This document shows, in pieces, positions 38,591-47,946 of a DNA stretch of 61,326 nucleotides; positions within the stretch are counted from its first letter, which is position 1, and each line of letters begins with the position of its first letter. Source of the stretch: Pseudomonadota bacterium (GTDB lineage Bacteria; Pseudomonadota; Alphaproteobacteria; Sphingomonadales; SMXR01); assembly GCA_022566215.1 (NCBI GenBank), contig JADFJJ010000006.1:1-61326 (forward strand), read 5' to 3'. The notes beneath the pieces were generated by a model. The model was given only the letters and a program-made list of their open reading frames with translations, was not told the origin of the DNA and searched no databases. The position numbers and the translations under genes were made by a program.

Positions 38591-40360
38591 ATGCCAACCT
38601 ACAAAGCCCCGGTCAAGGACATGCTGTTTGTCCTGAACGATGTCCTGAAACTCGAGAGATATTCCAACCTGGAAAGTTTCGCCGAGGCGACCCCGGACAT
38701 CATCGCCGCGATCGTGAAACAAGGCGGCAAATTCTGTGAGGAGGTTTTGCAGCCCATTAACCTGTCCGGTGATAAGGAAGGCTGCATCCGGCATGAGGAT
38801 GGCAGCGTCACAACCCCGAAGGGCTTCAAGGAAGCCTACGACCTTTATTGTCAGGGCGGCTGGGGCGGTCTGACCGCGCCAACCGAATTTGGCGGCCAGG
38901 GACTGCCGTGGGTTTTGAGTGTCATCATTCAGGAATTGACCGCCTCCGCCAATCTGGGGTTTTCATTGTACCCGTTCCTGACCGCGGGCGTGGCCGGGCT
39001 TTTGAACAAAATTGGCACTGACGAGCAAAAAAAGACTTATCTGCCGAACATGATATCTGGCAAATGGACCGGAACCATGAACCTGACCGAGCCGCAATGC
39101 GGCACCGATCTTCGGCTGTTGCGCACCAAGGCCGAGCCTCAGGACGATGGTTCCTACAAGATCACCGGCACCAAGATTTTTATTTCCGCTGGTGAACATG
39201 ACCTGTCGGAAAACATCATTCACCTGGTGCTGGCCAGGATTCCCGGCGGGCCGGAGGGTGTCAAGGGCATCAGCCTGTTTCTGGTTCCCAAATTGATCGA
39301 CGGCAAGCCGAACCGGGTAAGCTGCGGCTCGATTGAGGAAAAGATGGGCATTCATTCCAATTCCACCTGCCTGTTGAATTACGACGGCGCCACCGGTTCT
39401 CTGGTCGGCAAGGAGCATGAAGGCCTGAGGGGCATGTTCGTATTGATGAACGCGGCCCGCCTGGGCACCGGTCTGCAGGCCCTGGGCCTTTCGGAAGTGG
39501 CCACCCAGAACGCCGCCGATTACGCCAGAGACCGCCTGCAGGGACGCTCACTGACCGGCGTCAAGTTTCCCGACAAGGTGGCGGACCCGATTATTGTTCA
39601 TGCAGATGTCCGGCGCATGTTGATGAATGCCCGCTGTTTTAACGAAGGCGGGCGCGCCCTGGCGCTGTGGATCGGCCTGCAGATGGATCTGGAGGAAAAA
39701 GCGGAAACGGAAGATGAGCGCAAGACGGCCAAGAACCTGCTGGCGCTGATGATCCCGACCGCCAAGGGGGTGATGTCGGACCTGGGCTACGCCAACGCCA
39801 CCAATGCCCAGCAGGTGTTCGGCGGCCACGGCTATATCCATGAATGGGGCATGGAACAATTCGTCCGCGATGCCCGCATTACCATGCTGTACGAAGGCAC
39901 CAACGGCATCCAGGCGATGGACCTGGTGGGCCGCAAGCTGCCCAAGGATAATGGCGAGGCGATCCGCGCCTATTTCCAGATGATTGAAGGTTATTGCAAG
40001 GAGTATGAGAAGGACTATGCCGAGTTTACCGATCCCCTGAAAAAAGCGTTGGGGGATTTGCAGCAGGCGGCCATGTGGCTGATGCAAAACGCCGTCAAAA
40101 ACCCTGATAACGCCGGGGCAGCGGCGACCAGTTTTATGCACCTGATGGGCCTGGTGGCGCTCGGCCATATGTGGGCGTGGATGGCGGTCACCTCTGATCA
40201 GGCCCTGAAAGCCGGCGCCAGCGACAAGGCCTTTCACGAAGCCAAACTGATCACCGCCAGATATTTCATGAACCGCCATTTGCCCCAGACCGGAAGTTAC
40301 TATAAGAAAATCGAGGCCGGGTCCGAATTTATGATGGCCCTGCCCGCTGAAGCCTTTTAA
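38591..40360 (+). CDS. Acyl-CoA dehydrogenase
   Basis: GTMNLTEPQCGTDL, GTKIFIS, EEKMGIH and YEGTNGIQAMDL motifs. Confidence 0.95.
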   Translation: MPTYKAPVKDMLFVLNDVLKLERYSNLESFAEATPDIIAAIVKQGGKFCEEVLQPINLSGDKEGCIRHEDGSVTTPKGFKEAYDLYCQGGWGGLTAPTEFGGQGLPWVLSVIIQELTASANLGFSLYPFLTAGVAGLLNKIGTDEQKKTYLPNMISGKWTGTMNLTEPQCGTDLRLLRTKAEPQDDGSYKITGTKIFISAGEHDLSENIIHLVLARIPGGPEGVKGISLFLVPKLIDGKPNRVSCGSIEEKMGIHSNSTCLLNYDGATGSLVGKEHEGLRGMFVLMNAARLGTGLQALGLSEVATQNAADYARDRLQGRSLTGVKFPDKVADPIIVHADVRRMLMNARCFNEGGRALALWIGLQMDLEEKAETEDERKTAKNLLALMIPTAKGVMSDLGYANATNAQQVFGGHGYIHEWGMEQFVRDARITMLYEGTNGIQAMDLVGRKLPKDNGEAIRAYFQMIEGYCKEYEKDYAEFTDPLKKALGDLQQAAMWLMQNAVKNPDNAGAAATSFMHLMGLVALGHMWAWMAVTSDQALKAGASDKAFHEAKLITARYFMNRHLPQTGSYYKKIEAGSEFMMALPAEAF

Positions 40361-40391
40361 AGCCGAAGCCTATTAAGGAAAGAGAGCAACC

Positions 40392-41600
40392 ATGACCGAA
40401 GCCTATATCTATGACGCCGTCCGGACCCCCCGCGGCCGGGGCAAAAAAGACGGCTCGCTCCACGAAATCACGCCGATCCAGCTGGCTACCCAAGCGCTGG
40501 AGGCGGTGCGCGACCGCACTAAGCTTGATACCGCGCTGATTGATGATGTGGTGCTGGGCTGTGTCGGGCCGGTCGGCGAACAGGGGGCCAACATCGCCCG
40601 GGTGGCGGCCTTGAATGCCGGGTTCGACAACGGGGTCGCGGGGTTCCAGATCAACCGCTTTTGTGCTTCCGGCCTTGAGGCCGTCAATATCGCCGCCGCC
40701 AAGGTCATTTCAGGCGAGGCCGATTTCGTTATCGGCGGCGGGGTTGAGAGCATGAGCCGGGTGCCGATGGGATCCGACGGCGGGGCCATGGCGACCGACC
40801 CGGCGGTGGCGTTCAAAACCTATTTCGTCCCGCAGGGAATATCCGCCGACCTGATCGCCACCAAGTACGGTTATTCCCGCGATGATGTCGACGCTTATGC
40901 GGTCGAAAGCCAGAAGCGCGCCGGAGAATCCTGGGATCAGGAGCGGTTCAAGAACTCGATCATCCCGGTCAAGGACGTGATCGGCCTTACCGTGCTTGAT
41001 CATGACGAGAACCGGCGGCCCGAAACCGATATGCAGTCGCTGGCCGCCCTCAAACCGTCGTTCGCCGACATGGGCCAGAATTACGGCTTTGATTCGGTGG
41101 CGATCCAGAAATATCCGGAATTTGAGGCGATTAACCATGTCCATCACGCCGGCAATTCCTCCGCCATCGTCGATGGCGCCGCCGCGGTGCTGGTCGGCAG
41201 CAAGGAAGCGGGCGGGAAAGCGGGCTTGAAGCCCCGCGCCCGGTTAAAAGCGTTCGCCTCGGTCGGCACCGAACCGACCATCATGCTGACCGGTCCTTCG
41301 TTCGCCGCCGAAAAAGCCCTAAAAAAAGCCGGCATGGCCGTCTCCGACATCGATTTGTGGGAGATCAACGAGGCCTTCTCGGCGGTGGTCCTGCGCTTTA
41401 TGGAGGCAATGTCGGTTGACCATTCGGTCCTCAACGTCTGCGGCGGGGCGATTGCCCTCGGCCATCCCCTCGGGGCGACCGGGGCGATGATCCTGGGGAC
41501 CGTTCTTGATGAGCTGGAGCGGACCGGCAAATCAACTGCGGTGATCGCGTTGTGCATCGGCGCCGGGATGGGCACAGCAACAATTATTGAACGGGTTTAG
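40392..41600 (+). CDS. fadA: Acetyl-CoA C-acyltransferase (thiolase)
   Basis: NRFCASG, NEAF, GHPLGATG and LCIGAGMG motifs. Confidence 0.93.
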   Translation: MTEAYIYDAVRTPRGRGKKDGSLHEITPIQLATQALEAVRDRTKLDTALIDDVVLGCVGPVGEQGANIARVAALNAGFDNGVAGFQINRFCASGLEAVNIAAAKVISGEADFVIGGGVESMSRVPMGSDGGAMATDPAVAFKTYFVPQGISADLIATKYGYSRDDVDAYAVESQKRAGESWDQERFKNSIIPVKDVIGLTVLDHDENRRPETDMQSLAALKPSFADMGQNYGFDSVAIQKYPEFEAINHVHHAGNSSAIVDGAAAVLVGSKEAGGKAGLKPRARLKAFASVGTEPTIMLTGPSFAAEKALKKAGMAVSDIDLWEINEAFSAVVLRFMEAMSVDHSVLNVCGGAIALGHPLGATGAMILGTVLDELERTGKSTAVIALCIGAGMGTATIIERV

Positions 41601-41610
41601 GGGGAGCATC

Positions 41611-43767
41611 ATGACCAAAACTATCAAATTCTCCATTGATGCGGACGGCATCGCCACTCTCGTTATCGATGTTCCCGATCATTCCATGAATGTCCTGAAC
41701 CGGGAATGCATTGAAGACCTGGACAGCCTGGTCGATAAGGTTATCGCCGATGATAAAATCAAGGGGGCGATCATCACCTCGGGAAAAGACAGTGGTTTTG
41801 TCGCCGGGGCGGATATTTCCCTGATCAATGAGCTGATCCAACTGGCCAAAAAAGAAGACGCGGCCACAACCTTTGAAAACCAGTTCACCCTGAATGCGCT
41901 GTTCCGCAAGATCGAGACCTGCGGCAAGCCGTTTGCCGCCGCCGTCAACGGCCTGACGCTGGGCGGCGGGTTCGAGCTGGCGCTGTGCTGCCATTACCGC
42001 ATTTGCGCTGACGACCCCTTTATCAAGATCGGTTTTCCCGAGGTGATGCTGGGGATTCTGCCCGGCGCCGGGGGCACCCAGCGATTGCCGCGCCTGGCCG
42101 GGTTTATGGTCGCGCTGCAGTACATGACCACCGGCAAAAACATGAGCCCGCAGGAAGCCAAGGCGTTCGGCATTTTCCAGGAACTGGCGCCCCGCGGCAA
42201 ACTGCTTGAGGCGGCCAAAAAATGGCTGATGGAAAGCCCTGATCCGGTGGCGCCGTGGGACAAGAAGGGCTTCAGGTATCCAGGCGGTGGCGGCGCCATG
42301 CACCCGAAAGCGGTACAGACCATGATCGGCGCGGCCGCCATGGCCCAGGACAAGACCTTCCATAACTATCCGGCGGTCGAGGCGATCCTCAGTTGCGTTT
42401 ACGAGGGCAGCATCGTTCCTTTCGATACCGGCATCAGGATTGAAAGCAAGTATTTCACCAAGCTGCTGCTGGGGCCGGAGCCGGGCAACATGGTGCGCAC
42501 CCTTTTCATCAACAAACAGGCGGCTGAGAAAGGCATGGCCCGGCCCGAAGGCGTACCCGAAATGAACACAAAAAAACTCGGCATGCTGGGCGCCGGCATG
42601 ATGGGGGCGGGGATTGCTTACGTCTCAGCGCGCGCCGGGATCGACGTGGTGCTGTTTGACCGCACCATGGAGGAGGCCGAAAAGGGCAAGGATTATTCCC
42701 GCAAACTGGTGGAAAAGGGCATCAAGCGCAAAAAAACCACCAAGGAAAAGGGCGCGGCGCTGCTCGCCCGCATCCACCCCACCGACAGCTACGATGACCT
42801 TAAAGGCTGTGACCTGATTATTGAGGCGGTGTTCGAAGACCCCAAGATCAAGGCCGGCGTGATCAAGAAGACCGAGGCGGTTATCCCCAAGGACTGTTTT
42901 TTCGCCTCCAATACCTCGACCCTGCCGATCACCGGGCTGGCGGAAAATTCCCAGCGCCCGGAACAGTTCATCGGCGTCCACTTTTTTTCTCCCGTAGACA
43001 AGATGATGCTGGTGGAGATAATTCTCGGCAAAAAAACCGGCGACGAGGTTCTGGCCAAGGCGCTGGATTACGTCCGTCAGATCCGGAAAATCCCGATCGT
43101 GGTTAACGATTCCCGCGGTTTTTACACCACCCGGTGTTTTTCCACCTATGTCCAGGAAGGGGTCGCCATGGTCAAGGAGGGGGTCAAGCCCGCACTGATC
43201 GAAAACGCCGCCAAAATGGCCGGCATGCCGGTCGGACCATTAGCGATTGGCGACGAAGTATCGATCGAGCTGATGTACAATATCCAGAAATCCACCAAAG
43301 CCGGGGAAGGAAAGAACTATAAACCTCACCCTGCCGATGAGGTGGCGAAGCTGTTCGTGGAAAAGCTGGGGCGCCTGGGGCGCAAGAACGGCAAAGGGTT
43401 CTATGACTACCCCGAAGGCGGCAAAAAGCACCTGTGGCCGGGCTTGGCTGAGCATTTTCCGGTCTCAAAAACCCAGCCAACCCTGGATGAAGTGCAAAAA
43501 CGGCTGCTGTACCGCCAAGCGATCGAGGTCACCCGCTGCCTTGAGGAAGGCGTTTTGCGCGATGTGCCCTCCGCTGATGTCGGCTCGATCTTCGGCTGGG
43601 GCTTCGCTCCGTTTAGCGGCGGGGTTTTGTCCTATATCGACACCGTCGGGGCTAAAGCCTTCGTCACCGAAGCCGAACGGCTGGCGAAAACCTACGGCGA
43701 GCGTTTTTCCCCGCCCAAAGGTCTGAAAAAAATGGCCGAAGCCGGGGAAACCTATTATCCGGCATGA
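41611..43767 (+). CDS. fadJ: Enoyl-CoA hydratase / 3-hydroxyacyl-CoA dehydrogenase multifunctional enzyme
   Basis: GGGFELAL and PEVMLG...GGTQRL hydratase motifs; GAGMMGAGIA, ASNTSTL and HFFSPV dehydrogenase motifs. Confidence 0.92.
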   Translation: MTKTIKFSIDADGIATLVIDVPDHSMNVLNRECIEDLDSLVDKVIADDKIKGAIITSGKDSGFVAGADISLINELIQLAKKEDAATTFENQFTLNALFRKIETCGKPFAAAVNGLTLGGGFELALCCHYRICADDPFIKIGFPEVMLGILPGAGGTQRLPRLAGFMVALQYMTTGKNMSPQEAKAFGIFQELAPRGKLLEAAKKWLMESPDPVAPWDKKGFRYPGGGGAMHPKAVQTMIGAAAMAQDKTFHNYPAVEAILSCVYEGSIVPFDTGIRIESKYFTKLLLGPEPGNMVRTLFINKQAAEKGMARPEGVPEMNTKKLGMLGAGMMGAGIAYVSARAGIDVVLFDRTMEEAEKGKDYSRKLVEKGIKRKKTTKEKGAALLARIHPTDSYDDLKGCDLIIEAVFEDPKIKAGVIKKTEAVIPKDCFFASNTSTLPITGLAENSQRPEQFIGVHFFSPVDKMMLVEIILGKKTGDEVLAKALDYVRQIRKIPIVVNDSRGFYTTRCFSTYVQEGVAMVKEGVKPALIENAAKMAGMPVGPLAIGDEVSIELMYNIQKSTKAGEGKNYKPHPADEVAKLFVEKLGRLGRKNGKGFYDYPEGGKKHLWPGLAEHFPVSKTQPTLDEVQKRLLYRQAIEVTRCLEEGVLRDVPSADVGSIFGWGFAPFSGGVLSYIDTVGAKAFVTEAERLAKTYGERFSPPKGLKKMAEAGETYYPA

Positions 43768-44186
43768 CCCAGCTGTTTCAGGAAACGCTGGTCATTACGG
43801 GCAAGGGGCCGGGGCTTCACGACATCACCGGCGAGGTTGCCGGCTGGCTGCACGGACTTTCGGTCGATGCCGGGCTCCTTACCCTTTTTATCGCCCATAC
43901 CTCGGCCTCGCTGACCATTCAGGAGAACGCCGATGCGGATGTCTGCCGCGACCTGGAGGATTTCTTCGATAATCTTGTGAAGCGCGATCCCTCCCTTTAC
44001 CGCCACGGCGCGGAGGGGCTGGACGACATGCCGGCCCATATCAGATCGGCGCTGACCAGCACCTCCTTAAGCATTCCGGTCAAGGGAGGCAAACCGATGC
44101 TGGGGGTGTGGCAGGGGATTTACCTGTTTGAGCACCGCGACCGCCCGCAGCCGCGCAAGATACACCTCTCATTTCAGGGAAATTAG
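43764..44186 (+). CDS. yjbQ: YjbQ (UPF0047) family protein
   Basis: HTSASLTIQENAD, DDMPAHIRS and LGVWQGIYLFEHR motifs; ATGA overlap with fadJ. Confidence 0.92.
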   Translation: MTQLFQETLVITGKGPGLHDITGEVAGWLHGLSVDAGLLTLFIAHTSASLTIQENADADVCRDLEDFFDNLVKRDPSLYRHGAEGLDDMPAHIRSALTSTSLSIPVKGGKPMLGVWQGIYLFEHRDRPQPRKIHLSFQGN

Positions 44187-44216
44187 GAATTCGGGCGGCA
44201 ATCGGTCTCTTTAAAC

Positions 44217-44247
44217 GCAAAAAAGCGGCTTAGGTGCCGCTTTTTGC
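44217..44247. terminator. Bidirectional rho-independent terminator
   Basis: GCAAAAAAGCGGC-TTAGGT-GCCGCTTTTTGC between convergent yjbQ and microprotein 1. Confidence 0.8.
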
Positions 44248-44295
44248 AAATCTTCCGGTCTTTTCAGCCCGGTTTTGAGGAGAATAGCTGGTTTC

Positions 44296-44400
44296 TTAAA
44301 AAACCTGGGCGAACAGATTGATCAGGTGGTAGGAAAAAGTGGTCCAGTAAACGCCGGTGTAGGCCGTTACGATCATTAAGATGGGGTATGAGACGTTCAT
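44296..44400 (-). CDS. 34-aa hydrophobic microprotein, paralog 1 (MNVSYPILMIVTAYTGVYWTTFSYHLINLFAQVF)
   Basis: Translated by hand. ATG with SD AGAGGAG 7 nt upstream; terminator downstream; 20/34 identical to 46250-46354. Confidence 0.85.
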   Translation of the reverse strand: MNVSYPILMIVTAYTGVYWTTFSYHLINLFAQVF

Positions 44401-44454
44401 TGCTTTGCTCCTCTTGTGTTGATTTAAGAGTAGCAACGCTTGTTAAATATCCCC

Positions 44455-44481
44455 TTAAGGATCAGTTAATCAAAGCTTAAC
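44455..44481. promoter_or_regulatory. Tandem CtrA-type boxes upstream of microprotein 1
   Basis: TTAA-GGATCAG-TTAA-TCAAAGC-TTAAC, which reads TTAA-N7-TTAAC on both strands; a further TTAA at 44443. Confidence 0.75.
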
Positions 44482-44678
44482 GGGGGCAAAAAAATGAGGG
44501 CCGGTTTTGAGCCTTTAAAAAGTTCAATAAATGGCGGATTTGTGCGCCCTGTGTGGTCTTTCCGGGCAGTCCACAAATCAAGGATCACAGAAAAATAACC
44601 GGAGTTGAGTGATTAATTTCATTAAGATTTGCTAATGGGCGGAGCGTTGAAGTCCCGATTCTCTCCCTGCCTTTCGCC

Positions 44679-45206
44679 CTAAAAGGTTTTGAACCGGCCC
44701 TTGTGAAACAAAAGCGGCGGTTTATCTGTTTCCCGGTAGCGCACCACTTTGGCGACGATGATGATATGATCCCCCCCGGGATAGGTTTTTTCCACCACAC
44801 AGTTCAGGATGCCGCTGCAATTCTCCAAAAGCGGGACCCCTTCGCGGTCCGGGTGGGCCGCCACATCCTCAAAACGGTCCTGGCTGGGCCGGGCGAATTT
44901 CAGCGCCAGCTCCTCCTGGTCCTTACCCAGAATATTGAGGTTGAATTTCTCACCGGGCTTGAAAGAGTCCACCAGACCCGATTCCAGCGTCAGGCACCAC
45001 AAAATCAACGGCGGATCCAGGCTGAGCGAGGAAAAACTGTTGACCGTCAGGCCCGCCCAATGGCCCCCGGGCGCCAGCGAAGTGACGATTGTGACCCCGG
45101 TGGCGAATCCGCCCAGTGCATCCCTGAGTTTCCTGGCAACCTCCGGCAGCCCGGCGCTGTCAGAATCCTCCAGGTCGTACAGGGTGATATGCTCAGGGTT
45201 TTTCAA
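44679..45206 (-). CDS. Flavin reductase family protein
   Basis: LRDALGGFATGVTIVT, NSFSSLSLDPPL, GGDH and PLLFHKG motifs; TTGA overlap with the upstream gene. Confidence 0.9.
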   Translation of the reverse strand: MKNPEHITLYDLEDSDSAGLPEVARKLRDALGGFATGVTIVTSLAPGGHWAGLTVNSFSSLSLDPPLILWCLTLESGLVDSFKPGEKFNLNILGKDQEELALKFARPSQDRFEDVAAHPDREGVPLLENCSGILNCVVEKTYPGGDHIIIVAKVVRYRETDKPPLLFHKGRFKTF

Positions 45207-46090
45207 GGGGCCTCAGCCCAATCTTCCATGGTGTTGTAAAGGGTGGTGACAAACCTCTCGCCATTAATGAAAGACCAGCTCCAAACTTCATCAAATTCCG
45301 CGGCCGGATTGGCTGCCAGGACTTCCTCAAGGGTTTTGCCGGAGCTTTTCAGGGATCGAACGCGGCCTCCGATGGTTACCAGCATGTCCAGATATGTCTC
45401 AAGGCCCGCCTTGTCAGTAACCGGGCCATGGCCCGGAATAACAATTGTTTCCTCGTCAATCTTTGCCAGAACCCCTTCAATGGCGGGGATCAGTCCCTTA
45501 AAGCTGCCGCCGCTGTTGGTATCTATGAAGGGAAAGCAGGTGTTGAACATGATATCCCCTACATGCACCACATTGGCTCCTTTGAAATAAATGATGCTGT
45601 CACCGTCGGTGTGTGCGTTCTCGACATGGACGGCCCTGGCCTCAATGCCATTGATGTGAATAGAGACCTGGTCGTTAAAAGTGAGGACCGGGAGGGCGCC
45701 CGCGGAGACCTCTCGCTCAATCAGGCGGGTTCTGACATTGTCATGCGCCAGGATGACCGCCCCCTCCCGGCCAAGGTTTTCATTTCCGCCGGTGTGATCG
45801 CCATGGAGGTGGGTATTCAGGACAAACCGAATGGGGCCGTCATTAACCTCACCGATAAGGGCCAGAATTTCAGGGGTCAGGGGAGCCGTTTGATCATCGA
45901 TTAAAAACACCCCGTCCTCTCCGGCCGACACGCCGATATTGCCGCCCCCGCCAGATATGACGTAAAAATTATCTTTCAGGCGCTCCATCCTGACATCGCT
46001 AAAATCACAGACATGGGCGTTGGCCGGCTGGGTCATTAACACCGGACCACCCAGCATTAAGGCGAATAAACCTCTATTGAATATCTTCAT
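45203..46090 (-). CDS. Secreted MBL-fold metallo-hydrolase (cyclase-like)
   Basis: Signal peptide ending ANA; NTHLHGDHTGGN, AHTDGD and IPGHG motifs. Confidence 0.9.
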   Translation of the reverse strand: MKIFNRGLFALMLGGPVLMTQPANAHVCDFSDVRMERLKDNFYVISGGGGNIGVSAGEDGVFLIDDQTAPLTPEILALIGEVNDGPIRFVLNTHLHGDHTGGNENLGREGAVILAHDNVRTRLIEREVSAGALPVLTFNDQVSIHINGIEARAVHVENAHTDGDSIIYFKGANVVHVGDIMFNTCFPFIDTNSGGSFKGLIPAIEGVLAKIDEETIVIPGHGPVTDKAGLETYLDMLVTIGGRVRSLKSSGKTLEEVLAANPAAEFDEVWSWSFINGERFVTTLYNTMEDWAEAP

Positions 46091-46249
46091 CGGCGGCTCC
46101 TGTCTTTGATGGTGTGCGCCATGAAGATTGACCCACCCGGGTTATTTTTTCAAGACAACAAACACCAAATAAGGCTAGAAGCCTGTAGCAAGTTTAATCG
46201 AGGAGGAAATTTATGAAAGGAAACCAACGGGCTGAAGCCCTGGCGCGAG

Positions 46250-46354
46250 TTAGAATATCGCAGCCAGCATATTAACGAAGTGCAGCGTAAATGTCGTCCA
46301 ATAGAGGCCGGCATAAAGCGCAACGATCATCAATATTTTAAAACTTACGTTCAC
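46250..46354 (-). CDS. 34-aa hydrophobic microprotein, paralog 2 (MNVSFKILMIVALYAGLYWTTFTLHFVNMLAAIF)
   Basis: Translated by hand. GTG start with SD GGAGAG 7 nt upstream; same length as paralog 1 with a gapless alignment. Confidence 0.85.
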   Translation of the reverse strand: MNVSFKILMIVALYAGLYWTTFTLHFVNMLAAIF

Positions 46355-46403
46355 AGCAAAGCTCTCCGTTTTCTAATGCGCCCGTAAAATTAAACGTCAA
46401 AAC

Positions 46404-46419
46404 TTAAAAAAATATTAAC
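46404..46419. promoter_or_regulatory. CtrA-type box upstream of microprotein 2
   Basis: TTAA-AAAAATA-TTAAC, 50-65 nt upstream of the start, similar to the 55-69 nt position in paralog 1; the region is AT-rich. Confidence 0.65.
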
Positions 46420-46705
46420 TTCTTTTATGGGTTTGCATTTTTCTAATATCCTGAATACTTTAAAATAGTAGATAAATAGTTAACAAAACAAATAATTTTA
46501 AAAATTATTACTTTATGAATTAATATTTACATAGACGAAAAGGTGATTTTTTCTATAAAATACTTGGTTTTTCAGGCAAAAAGCCATTTTTTTTACTTGC
46601 TTAATAAATAAAGTTACAGAAAAATCATAATCTTCGGAGAAATAAATTTCAAATTTCTGCCATTATTAGGTAGATAAGTTACATAAATCAACGGTATCGA
46701 CTAAT

Positions 46706-47914
46706 ATGAAAACAATAGCGGTTATCTTCGGCGGAGAAAGTGTTGAGCACGATGTAAGCATCTTGACTGCCCTGCAATTCATGAATGCCATGGACCCGGA
46801 AAAATATTTATCCCTGCCGGTCTATGTCGCCCCGGACGGGGTCTGGTGGAGTGGTGAGAAGTTGCGGAAAAAGGACTTCTACCCGCTCACCCAGGCGGGA
46901 AAAAAGGACTTAACACCCCTGACCTTGCCGTTTGAAAGTTTCCGGCGCCAAAAACCTTACTTTTTGGCCAATCAAAGAAGCAAATTTAAAAAACAGAAAA
47001 AAATTCCCTTTGATTTGATAGTTCCGGCCATTCACGGCAGCCACGGCGAGGATGGCACCTTGCAGGGACTATTTGAATTCACGGGACTTCCTTACGCTGG
47101 ATCCGGGGTTCTGGCAGCGGCGGCGGCGATGGACAAGGCCTTTACAAAGACACACCTGAGCGGTTTAGGGATACCCGTTCTTCCCCATATTCTGGTCAAA
47201 AAGCCGGATGAAGGCACATTTATCAGCCCGGATGAGCTGGCCAAGGGGATCAAACAGGCTTTCGGTGCAAAACCGTATCCAGTGATTGTCAAACCCTGCC
47301 ATTTGGGCAGCAGCATCGGGGTGACGCCAGCTGAAAACATGGATGATGTCATAGCCGGCCTGCTGTTTTGCTTTCGCATCGATACCGCGGCAATACTCGA
47401 GCCGTTCGTCGACAATCTGGTGGAATATAATGTAGCGGTCTCCAGGGCTTTTGGGAGCCTGAGGACCTCAGTCATCGAACGCCCGTTGAAAGAAAGAGAA
47501 TTTCTGGCGTTCTGTGACAAATACCTGACCGGCGACAAGGACGGGCTGAAAACCGGGACGGCATCGGCTGAGGGCATGGCTTCCCTAAACCGGGTGATTA
47601 ACCCGGGTGAGCTGGGCAAAGCCAAAACGGAAAAGATCAAAACCTGGGCTTTGAGCGCCTTTAAAGAGTTGAATTTAGCCGGATCGGTGCGGATCGATTT
47701 TCTCGGCAATGAAAAAACCGGAGAATTATGGCTGAACGAAATCAATACCATTCCCGGCTCGTTTGCCTATTACCTTTGGCAGGAAAGTGAGCCTTCGGTC
47801 AGCTTCACCAACTTGACCACGGCCATTATCGAAGAGGGCCTTCGTCAAAGCGCCGCTAAATCCTTTGATACCGACCGCACTCTGGGCGGGGCAGCAATTT
47901 TCAAGAATGACTAG
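46706..47914 (+). CDS. ddl: D-alanine--D-alanine ligase family protein
   Basis: FGGESVEHDVS, HGSHGEDGTLQG, KPCHLGSSIG, RIDF and NEINTIPGS motifs. Confidence 0.9.
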   Translation: MKTIAVIFGGESVEHDVSILTALQFMNAMDPEKYLSLPVYVAPDGVWWSGEKLRKKDFYPLTQAGKKDLTPLTLPFESFRRQKPYFLANQRSKFKKQKKIPFDLIVPAIHGSHGEDGTLQGLFEFTGLPYAGSGVLAAAAAMDKAFTKTHLSGLGIPVLPHILVKKPDEGTFISPDELAKGIKQAFGAKPYPVIVKPCHLGSSIGVTPAENMDDVIAGLLFCFRIDTAAILEPFVDNLVEYNVAVSRAFGSLRTSVIERPLKEREFLAFCDKYLTGDKDGLKTGTASAEGMASLNRVINPGELGKAKTEKIKTWALSAFKELNLAGSVRIDFLGNEKTGELWLNEINTIPGSFAYYLWQESEPSVSFTNLTTAIIEEGLRQSAAKSFDTDRTLGGAAIFKND

Positions 47915-47946
47915 GGTCTGAACCCAATTGAGGTATAAGGCCCACC

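Noticed and set aside
44296-44400. Microproteins as Flp pilins for the orphan tad genes
   Set aside because: No G/xxxxEY prepilin motif and too short.
46706-47914. Ddl as a VanA-like D-Ala-D-Lac resistance ligase
   Set aside because: The omega-loop KY Tyr is retained, and no vanH, vanX or vanRS genes are nearby.
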